From Nitrospirota bacterium (GTDB taxonomy: Bacteria; Nitrospirota; JACRHJ01): a DNA stretch of 64,000 nucleotides. The DNA lies in the NCBI GenBank assembly GCA_963845245.1, contig CAWJRJ010000015.1, positions 1 through 64,000 of the forward strand. The letters run 5' to 3'. Under the pieces are notes generated by a model that searched no databases, had not been told where the DNA came from, and worked only from the letters and a program-made list of their open reading frames with translations. The position numbers and the translations under genes are program-made. Positions 16,303-24,900 of the stretch are shown piece by piece. The first letter of the stretch is position 1; each line of letters starts with the position of its first letter.

Positions 16303-16333
16303 AAGGCGTCCCGAAAGGGACGCCTTCTTTTTT
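16303..16333 (+). terminator. Rho-independent terminator
   Basis: AAGGCGTCCC-gaaa-GGGACGCCTT-CTTTTTT. Confidence 0.88.
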
Positions 16334-16382
16334 GCCTGAAGTCTGTATAGGTTTGCTATACTTCTCGAAAGAGGAGGTTCTC

Positions 16383-16868
16383 ATGAAAGTCGTTATGGCA
16401 TGCTTGATAATTATCCTGCTGGGTGTGTCCAGTTGCCTCGCGGCCAGCCCCGACGTATCTACTCCGGGTATGGCGTGGGGCGACATTTTCTTCCCGAAGG
16501 GAAGCGCAGAGATCTCTCCTGAGGCAAGGCAGGATCTCGCGGAGCTATCGGCCTGGCTTAAGAAGCATCCCGGGGCGATGGTACTGCTTGCCGGATATGA
16601 TGACCAGCAAACCCCCGAGAAAGACAGTATAGACCTTGGATGGAAGCGGACGAAGGCGGTCCAGGATTATCTGATATCCCGGGGTGTCGATGCGGCCAAG
16701 GTAAATGCGATAAGCTTCGGCAACACGCGGGGAATCGTGGCCGGGCAGGGCGAGGAGGTCTGGGCGAAAAACCGCAGGGTGCGCTACCGGGCGGTGGAAT
16801 CGGAGCCGGGGACCACTCCCGAGGACAGCATCGGCGGCGGTGTCTGCCAGAAGTGCAAACGGAAGTAG
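16383..16868 (+). CDS. OmpA/Pal-like peptidoglycan-binding domain protein
   Basis: GAGGAGG RBS, signal peptide, DIFF..GSAEI, R..AV..YL...GV, ISFG and WAKNRRV. Confidence 0.88.
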   Translation: MKVVMACLIIILLGVSSCLAASPDVSTPGMAWGDIFFPKGSAEISPEARQDLAELSAWLKKHPGAMVLLAGYDDQQTPEKDSIDLGWKRTKAVQDYLISRGVDAAKVNAISFGNTRGIVAGQGEEVWAKNRRVRYRAVESEPGTTPEDSIGGGVCQKCKRK

Positions 16869-16906
16869 CAAGGCTTTAAATTCATAACGTAAACGCCATT
16901 TTGGGC

Positions 16907-16935
16907 TTGACACCGGGTTTATGCGGTGGTAACAT
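16907..16935 (+). promoter_or_regulatory. Candidate sigma70 promoter of the tRNA
   Basis: TTGACA-N17-TAACAT, 13 nt before the tRNA 5' end. Confidence 0.6.
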
Positions 16936-16948
16936 TGCCACTCTATTT

Positions 16949-17060
16949 GGGGCTGTGGCGCAGCTGGGAGCGCGCTTGACTGGCAGTCAAGAGGTCAGGG
17001 GTTCGATCCCCCTCAGCTGGCAGCAAGAGGTCAGGGGTTCGATCCCCCTCAGCTCCACCA
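16949..17060 (+). tRNA. tRNA-Ala(GGC) containing a tandem duplication of its 3' part
   Basis: GGGGCTG 5' acceptor strand, CTTGA-ctGGCag-TCAAG anticodon arm, GGTTCGATCC T-arm and CAGCTCC-ACCA end. Segment 16980-17016 is repeated at 17017-17052. Confidence 0.92.
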
Positions 17061-17317
17061 AAAGTTCACTGCTAAATCAAGCAGTTATAATCATAAATGG
17101 GCGATTTTCTTTGAGCTATCCCATAGCCATAGGAAAGTCGCCTATTTGTTTTTTCCTTTCCTAAAGAACCTCTCTCTAATATACATACGCATTACTTTAT
17201 TGCAAACTCGATGGATTATTATACGTAATAGCGGAATTATTTTTATTCATTTGATATTAATATCACATCGATTATAATACATTAATAAAATTTAACCTTT
17301 TAAAAGGTAAGGTACTT

Positions 17318-20300
17318 GTGAAAGAGGCTACATTAGCCAAAGTTACAAAACCCACAGTCCGGAATGTTTATCAGCGGGGACGCTTGTTCGACAGGCTTTC
17401 CGATGCAATGCTGAAGCCTTTGACGTGGGTGGCTGCTCCAGCAGGTTCCGGAAAAACCACTGTTGTCACAAGTTACCTGGACAAGAGTAATATTCCATGC
17501 CTCTGGTACCAGGTAGACGAAGGCGACGCCGACGCAGCGAATTTTTTCTATTATATGGGCATTGCGGTAAATGGACTTGCTGGAAAGCAGAAGCCCCTCC
17601 CGGTGCTGACTCCTGAATATCTCGAAACCCTCTCAATTTTTACCCGCCGATACTTTGAAGAACTATTCAGCAGAATTAAACCTCCTTTTACAATAGTATT
17701 TGATAATTACCAGGATGTACCCGAGACCGCCAGGTTTCATGAAATAATCAATACAGGATTATCGGTGATTCCGGAGGGTATAAAAATCATCTGCATAAGC
17801 AGGGTTGCGCCTCATAGTGAATTCGCTCGCATTCGTGCCAACAGCATGATGGGCAGGATCGGCTGGGAAGACCTTCAGTTCAGCATCGACGAAACAGAAG
17901 GCGTGCTGCATACCGGCAAGAAAAGAAAATACAGCAGTGAACATATTTCCACGCTTCAGAGGATTACTGATGGATGGGTGGCAGGCATAGTGCTTTTATC
18001 TGAAGATACGGAAATTGAGAACTTTGCGCCTCGCGAAGACAATATCGGAAGTCTTGGCGTGTTTGATTATTTTGCTACAGAAGTCTTTAAACGAGTGGAT
18101 GATGATACCCGGGCGCTTCTCATAAAAACCGCATTTCTGCCGAATGTTGACCCAAAGACTGCGGAAGAGCTGACAGGGATAAAGACGGCAGGCAAAATAC
18201 TTTCAAGCCTTAGCAGAGAAAACTTCTTCACAACCAATTACCGGCAAAAATCACTTTACCAGTATCATCCGCTGTTTCGAGAGTTTTTGCAGGCCCAGGC
18301 GCGCAGGCTCTTGAGTGACCAGCAGATATTGGAAGTCAAGAAAAACGCGGCAACCCTCCTCCGGGAAGCCGGGAGGTATGAAGATGCAGTGGATATATTC
18401 ATCAGCATCGATGAATGGGCTTCTGCTTCAGAACTCATACAAAACCACGCAGAGGGCCTTCTGTCTCAGGGCAGAAGCGAGACAGTCAGGGGATGGCTTG
18501 ATAGCCTGCCGCCTCAAAGGGTGGAAGATGCACCGTATCTTCTTTACTGGAAGGGTGTTTGCTATTCTTCAGTAAACCCGATTGAGGGTATAGTCCTCTT
18601 TGAACGAGCTTTTAGGCTTTTCATGGCACAAGGTGACCGTATGGGGATGTTTCTTGCCTGGTGCGCGAGCGCCGATCTTTGTCTGCACAGCATGGAATAC
18701 GGCCATATAGAGGGATGGGTAGCCAATCTAAATAACTTGCTCCTGGCTGACAATACGTTCCCTTCGCCAGAAATGGAAGCGAAGGTGACGATGAGCATGT
18801 TCAATGCTTTGTCTCTTCGGCTGCCAGATCACCCTGATATGGAAGCCTGGACGGAGAAAGTATTTTCTATAATTCACCTGCGGGACGACATTGACATAAA
18901 CCTGAGACTGTTGGCCGGGATATATCTCCTGGTATATTCCACCTGGCTCGGGAAGTTGGGACGGGCAAAGGCGGTTATGGATTTATTCGAGAAAACATCC
19001 ATGAAGGGCATATCAGGGCTTGTACAGACGACAATCAAGACGGGAGAAGCCCTCTATTATATGGTGACTTCCTCAAAAGAACTCTGTTTAAGGAAAGTAG
19101 ATGAAGAATTGCGGATTGCTGAAGAAACCGGAGTACATGTATGGGATTCCCATATCATTATGCATGGTATGGCATCCGCATTGAGTGAAGAAGACGGTAA
19201 GGCATTTGAAATGCTATCGAAAAAAATGCCCACAGAATCGAAATTTGCCCGGAGGATGGACCAAGGTTATTATCATATTATATCTAGCTGGAAAGCTCTC
19301 TTGGAGGGGAATAAAGTCGTTGCGGAGCATCACGCCAGATTGGCAATGGATATTATGACGATTATCGGTTTTACGCAAGGGCAAACAATTTGCATGTTCT
19401 CTCTATCTGAGATTCTATATGAAAATGGGAAAATAACCGAGGCGGAATCACAACTTTCGAAGGCGTTAGAGATAGCCTGCAGTATGCGTAGCGGTATATT
19501 CGAGTACCATTGCTACTTGATCAAATCCAGGATTGCATTTGGCTGTGGCGACAATGACGAAGGACTCGATTGCCTGCGGAAAGCTATGTCACTTGCCAGT
19601 GAGGGCGGTTATGTCAACATGCACTGGTGGCGGCGCGACGTTATGCTTGGACACTGTATGAGGGCAATCGATGCAGGCATAGAGGTAGAGTTTGTAAAGA
19701 GGCTAATAAAAAAGCGTGGGCTTGCACCGGCTGAGCCGCCGATCCATCAGGAAGAGTGGCCTTGGCCTCTCAAGATTTACACACTGGGTTGTTTCGAGAT
19801 CCGGAAGGATGATGTACCTCTTGTGTTTTCAGGAAAAACACCACAAATGCCGCTGCTTCTCCTGAAGGCGCTTATCGTGCATGGGGGAGCAGGAGTGCAC
19901 GAGGCCAGTCTGGCCGACATCCTCTGGCCAGATGCGGACGGGGATGCTGCCCATAACACTTTTAAGATTACCCTCCACCGGCTTCGTCAGTTATTGGGAG
20001 TGGAGGGTGCCGTGTTCCTTAAAGAAGGCAAGGTTGGTCTTGACCCAGCCCGAGTATGGGTCGATACATGGGCTTTTCAGGCCTTATGCGCAAAGGCCGA
20101 CGAGCATATTAATAACGGATCCAGTAGTCCTGATGATATGATTGTGCAGAAGGCGATCAGGCTTTATAACGGACATTTTATTCAAGGCGACTCCTATGAT
20201 TGGGCTATAGCCACTCGCGAAAACTTAAGGAGTAATTTTGTAAAGCTGATATTCAAGGCAAGCGAGAGGATGGAATCCTTCGGCAACTACGAGGCCGCTA

Positions 20301-20497
20301 TAAGCCTGTATGAAAAGGGCCTTGAGGCGGATGATCTGATAGAAGAATTTTATCAAAGACTTATGGTTTGCAACGACAGGATTGGACGTCGCTCTGAAGC
20401 TGTCAGGCTTTACAATAAATGCGTTGAAAAGATAAAAAAAGGCTTGGGCCTCGCTCCTTCCTCAAAGACGCAGGCAATCTACCGTACACTCCTTTAG
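17318..20497 (+). CDS. MalT-like STAND ATPase-TPR regulator with C-terminal winged-helix and BTAD domains
   Basis: APAGSGKTT P-loop, LWYQVDEGD, FDNYQD, TDGWVAG, YQYHPLFREFL; C-terminal IYTLG.F, LWPDADGDAA..TF..TLHRLR, WVD..AF and E.FYQRLM. Confidence 0.9.
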   Translation: MKEATLAKVTKPTVRNVYQRGRLFDRLSDAMLKPLTWVAAPAGSGKTTVVTSYLDKSNIPCLWYQVDEGDADAANFFYYMGIAVNGLAGKQKPLPVLTPEYLETLSIFTRRYFEELFSRIKPPFTIVFDNYQDVPETARFHEIINTGLSVIPEGIKIICISRVAPHSEFARIRANSMMGRIGWEDLQFSIDETEGVLHTGKKRKYSSEHISTLQRITDGWVAGIVLLSEDTEIENFAPREDNIGSLGVFDYFATEVFKRVDDDTRALLIKTAFLPNVDPKTAEELTGIKTAGKILSSLSRENFFTTNYRQKSLYQYHPLFREFLQAQARRLLSDQQILEVKKNAATLLREAGRYEDAVDIFISIDEWASASELIQNHAEGLLSQGRSETVRGWLDSLPPQRVEDAPYLLYWKGVCYSSVNPIEGIVLFERAFRLFMAQGDRMGMFLAWCASADLCLHSMEYGHIEGWVANLNNLLLADNTFPSPEMEAKVTMSMFNALSLRLPDHPDMEAWTEKVFSIIHLRDDIDINLRLLAGIYLLVYSTWLGKLGRAKAVMDLFEKTSMKGISGLVQTTIKTGEALYYMVTSSKELCLRKVDEELRIAEETGVHVWDSHIIMHGMASALSEEDGKAFEMLSKKMPTESKFARRMDQGYYHIISSWKALLEGNKVVAEHHARLAMDIMTIIGFTQGQTICMFSLSEILYENGKITEAESQLSKALEIACSMRSGIFEYHCYLIKSRIAFGCGDNDEGLDCLRKAMSLASEGGYVNMHWWRRDVMLGHCMRAIDAGIEVEFVKRLIKKRGLAPAEPPIHQEEWPWPLKIYTLGCFEIRKDDVPLVFSGKTPQMPLLLLKALIVHGGAGVHEASLADILWPDADGDAAHNTFKITLHRLRQLLGVEGAVFLKEGKVGLDPARVWVDTWAFQALCAKADEHINNGSSSPDDMIVQKAIRLYNGHFIQGDSYDWAIATRENLRSNFVKLIFKASERMESFGNYEAAISLYEKGLEADDLIEEFYQRLMVCNDRIGRRSEAVRLYNKCVEKIKKGLGLAPSSKTQAIYRTLL

Positions 20498-20616
20498 GTT
20501 TACATCTACGTTCCGCATTCTGTGAAAAACATCCGCATCTGAATTTTTTTTCATATCTGTATCCTATCTGTAACCTTTCAAAGTTTATTCTCTCCCGTGA
20601 AAGAAAGGGGTGGGCC

Positions 20617-20814
20617 ATGACTACCTTCATCGTGCGCATATACAGGGCCCAGGATGATGCACCGGATAATATCATTGGGGTTGTTGAAGAAGCTGGCGGC
20701 CAGAGAGGCGGCGAAATATTTTACAACAGAGAGGAACTCTGGGCTCTGATGGACCCGTCTACGTCCGTTGGCGGGAACCTTAATGATGGGGTGCGGGGGA
20801 CAAAAGATGAATAA
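20617..20814 (+). CDS. Small hypothetical protein (65 aa)
   Basis: Purine-rich RBS; MTTFIVRIYR...IGVVEE...EELWALM; its end overlaps the start of the next gene. Confidence 0.6.
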   Translation: MTTFIVRIYRAQDDAPDNIIGVVEEAGGQRGGEIFYNREELWALMDPSTSVGGNLNDGVRGTKDE

Positions 20815-21577
20815 CGCGCCTGAAAAGATTAAAGAATCAAAGGGAATAAAAGGGATGGGTTCCACTGCACAAGAAGTGCCACAGGGATCTTGCGATGCGG
20901 CAGCCCTTCCGAACACCTGCTCTATGCTTGCCCACGACCTGCGGTCCGGATTGGCGCTTATTCTCGGATATTCTGAGCTGCTCCCCCAAATGGAGGGGGA
21001 ACAGACGAAACAAGTATATGATGGGATGCAAAAATGCAGCCGTAGGCTTGTCAGGATGCTCGACAACCTGCTGGTGTCCGAGGAGCTTGGAGCCAACGGG
21101 CGCGGCCTGAGACTTGAGAGCGTTGACGCAGTAGAAGAGGTCATGAAAGTTGCTTCGGAGTTCGCAGCTAAAGCTAAGGCGCAAGACGTTTCCCTGTCAG
21201 TACATGTAGGTAGCCGGCTGCAAAATGCCATCTTTGACAGAGACCTGCTGGAGAGAGCGGCCGCAAACCTGGTGGACAACGCCATCAATCACTCGCCTCC
21301 TGGCGCCGCCATCTCAGTGGGTATCGAGGATTGTATGCGCGCGGGCCGCAAATACCTTGCCGTTACGGTCTCTGATGAGGGACCCGGCATCCCGCTTGAG
21401 GAGCAGGCGCACGTCTTCGATAAGTATTACCGTTCCAGCTCAGCATCGCGCATGAAGGGCAGCGGACTTGGCCTTGCCATTGTAAAGGCTGTTGCAGAGG
21501 CGCATGGCGGGTTTGTGGAGCTTGAGAGCAATGTGGGGAAGGGGAGCAAGTTCATTGTTTTTTTACTGTTGGATTGA
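20807..21577 (+). CDS. Cytosolic histidine kinase (HisKA + HATPase), no sensor domain
   Basis: LAHDLRS H-box, NLVDNAI, DEGPGIP, VFDKYYR and GSGLGLAIVK boxes. Confidence 0.9.
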   Translation: MNNAPEKIKESKGIKGMGSTAQEVPQGSCDAAALPNTCSMLAHDLRSGLALILGYSELLPQMEGEQTKQVYDGMQKCSRRLVRMLDNLLVSEELGANGRGLRLESVDAVEEVMKVASEFAAKAKAQDVSLSVHVGSRLQNAIFDRDLLERAAANLVDNAINHSPPGAAISVGIEDCMRAGRKYLAVTVSDEGPGIPLEEQAHVFDKYYRSSSASRMKGSGLGLAIVKAVAEAHGGFVELESNVGKGSKFIVFLLLD

Positions 21578-21761
21578 TAAAAATACGCATGTTCTTTTAT
21601 TTAGGATATAAATTAGCAAAACGGTAGCTACTATTAATAAATTAAAATTTCGCTATTTTGAGCGATTTCGCTATAAATAACTGAGCTAATATGCGCGCAA
21701 CGTGAAGCTTGTATGATATTAAACTATTGTTTTATTATGACAATATGTTATTGGTGTGTCT

Positions 21762-21777
21762 TGGCATAACATTTGCT
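21762..21777 (+). promoter_or_regulatory. Sigma54 -24/-12 promoter candidate
   Basis: TGGCATAACATTTGCT (GG-N10-GC), ~190 nt upstream of the 1837-aa gene. Confidence 0.7.
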
Positions 21778-21968
21778 AGTCCAATAACAGACTTCCATAA
21801 GTTATTTTGTCAGGATATCTACCTGACGACTAAAGCACTTCTCAGCTATCAAAGTACTTCCCGTAATTGCAATATCTACTAAGTACGTCTCATCGACCAG
21901 TGCACTTCTCGTGAATTGAAATACCTGCGTTCTTCATTTCTATAACTTTAGTTATATCCGGAGGGAAC

Positions 21969-24900
21969 ATGGAAAATTTCACGACGAGGTTTTTGGCGGT
22001 TGTATTTGTAATTCTACTGGTTGGATCGGGGCTTGTGGGAAATGCGGCAAGGCACATGGCCGTGAAGTTATTGGTGGTATTATCAATCATCTCGTTTTTC
22101 GTTCTTGGTGCGGCAACTGGCGCACTCGCCTCGAGACCGTATGCATATATTCCAAATTCGGGTGATAATAACGTTTCGGTCATAGACGCCTCTACGAATT
22201 CCGTCGTTACCACGGTAGGTGTCGGTTCGTCTCCTCAAGGCGTTGCGGTCAACCCGACGGGCACAAGGGTTTATGTTACAAACCATAACAGCAATAATGT
22301 TTCGGTTATTGATACCTCGACGGATATTGTCGTCGCCACGATAGGGGTCGGAACTAATCCTGTCGGAGTTGCGGTCAACCCGACCGGCACAAGAGCCTAT
22401 GTTGCTAATTTTGGCAGCGGGAACATTTCAGTGATTGACACATCCACGAATTCAGTCATTACCACTATAAGCGTTGGGGACTGTTTTGGTGTCGCGTTCA
22501 ACCCGGCGGGTACACTTGCCTATGTGACTACCCGGGGTAGCAATTCCGTTGTGATTATCAACACCTCAACGAATTCCATCGTCGGCACGGTTGGAAACAT
22601 ACCCCCCGACCCCTCCGGCGTCGCGTTTAACTCGTCCGGCACAAGGGCTTATGTGACTATCAATGGTTGGTCCCAACCTACAGTTTCGGTTATCGACACA
22701 TCCACAAATTCTGTCATCGCTAATGTAGGAGCCGGAGTAAAAAGCTGGGGATGGGTTGCAGTCAACCCTTCTGACACAAGGGTCTATGCGGCTAACACGG
22801 GAACTAACAATGCAGAGGTTATAAATACCTCGACCAATACCATCATAACCACGATACCAGTCGGGTCAACACCCTGCGGTATTGCGGTCACCCCAGACGG
22901 CACGAAGGTTTATGTGACGAGCGTAGACAACAACAATGTTTCGGTCATAAACACCTCGACGAATACCGTCGTTGCCACTATAGGAGTTGGGTTGAATCCG
23001 TATGCCTATGGCCAGTTCATAACAAACGTTCCCGACAAAGTGCCTACTTTCACAGGCACTCCCGCGATAAGCGGGACGCCGAAGGTGGGCTACACGCTGA
23101 GCCTGACCGGCACCGGCACGAACGACTTGGACGGTGATACTGTAACGCTCAGCTACCAGTGGAAGTCTGGCGATTCGAACATCTCCGGGGCTACGTCCTC
23201 GACGCTCCTGCTTGCGTCCGAGCAGGAGGGCACAACCGTCACCTGCGTGATAACGGCGAACGACGGGCATAGCGGGACCGCAACCGCGACCACCGCGGGG
23301 GTTCTCGTTGACAGCATCCCGCCGGTCGTGAACGCGGGCGGGAACAAATCTACCAATATACAGTACACGCAGACTGCGACCGCGACGGATGTGAATACCA
23401 TGACATATTCATGGAGCAAGGTATCCGGGCCAGGGACGATAACCTTTGGTACTCCTACTGCGCTTTCCACGACGGTATCCGCAAGCTTAGACGGGGCGTA
23501 TGTGATAGGTATCACCGCCATAGACGCAGCTGGCAATTCCGCCTCCTCGTCCATGACTCTGACGTGGGATACCACCGCGCCTTCCTCGGCAAGCACCGCG
23601 CCCGCCGATGGTGCTTACATCAAAGGCACGAGTGCTGCAATCGCAGGCACGGCTTCTGACAACCTGTCCGGCGTGCAGAAGGTCGAGGTAGGGATCACCC
23701 CGAATGGCGGGACGACTACATGGCATGACGCCTCTGGCTGGGAGAGGACAACCGTTGACAGCGCTGGGGATGTGGGTGGATCAAACTCCATGGTGATAGA
23801 CTCAAACAACAAGACGCACATAAGCTACTATAACGCTACAAACGGCGACCTCAAGTATGCCACAAACGCAAGCGGGTCGTGGGTCACGACCACAGTTGTC
23901 GGCACCGGTAATGTCGGTAAAGGCACAAACGGGACAGATGGTGGGTTGGGCACTTCAATCGCCCTCGACGCATCCGGCAAGGTGCATATAAGTTACTATG
24001 ACAATACCGACCAAGCCCTCAAGTACGTTACTAACACAACCGGGGCGTGGGTTGTTGACACGGTTGACTCCGGTGGTTATAACAACTCTCTGGCTATTGA
24101 TGGCAATAACAAGGCGCACATAAGCTATTCTGTCAACGTCTCCGGTGTGCATACTCTTAAATATGCCACGAACGCAATGGGTGATTGGGGTACCACTACC
24201 GTGGATTCACACGGCGGTGACTGGGGTACCTCCATTGCCGTAGACAGTAACAACTACGCGCACATAAGCTACTACAGCTATACTGCCTATACCTACAATG
24301 GTCACCCTGTGTATGCAACAAATGCCTCAGGCGTGTGGGTTACAACTCCGGTTGACAACACTGGTGGAGAAGTGGGGGGGCAGGGTTCCGCCATAGCATT
24401 AGACACTAATAACAATGCCCATATAAGCTACTATGGCATCAATGGCCTAATATATGCCACCAATTCGTCAGGGACGTGGGCCACTACCACAGTGGACAGC
24501 GGTGTTTGGGCAAATTACGCCAATACGTCCATCGCCCTCGACGCAACAGGCAAGGTTTACATTACTTATTATAACCAACCAACCCAAACCCTAAAATATG
24601 CCACCAATGCATCAGGTACATGGGCTACTACCACAGTGGATAACACGGGCGTCATAGGGTCGAATACTACAATTAAGCTAGATTCCAATAACAAGACATG
24701 TATAAGTTACTACGATACTACCAACCATGACCTAAAGTATGCGACCAGTTCCCTCTTGTCTGCATGGACATATTTCTGGACCTTGCCTGCCGACGGAAGC
24801 TACACCATAACGACTCGCGCCACGGACGTCGCGACCAACGTGGAGACGCCCGGTACGGGCGTAACTGTGACGGTGGATAATACCCCGCCCTCTTCAACTA

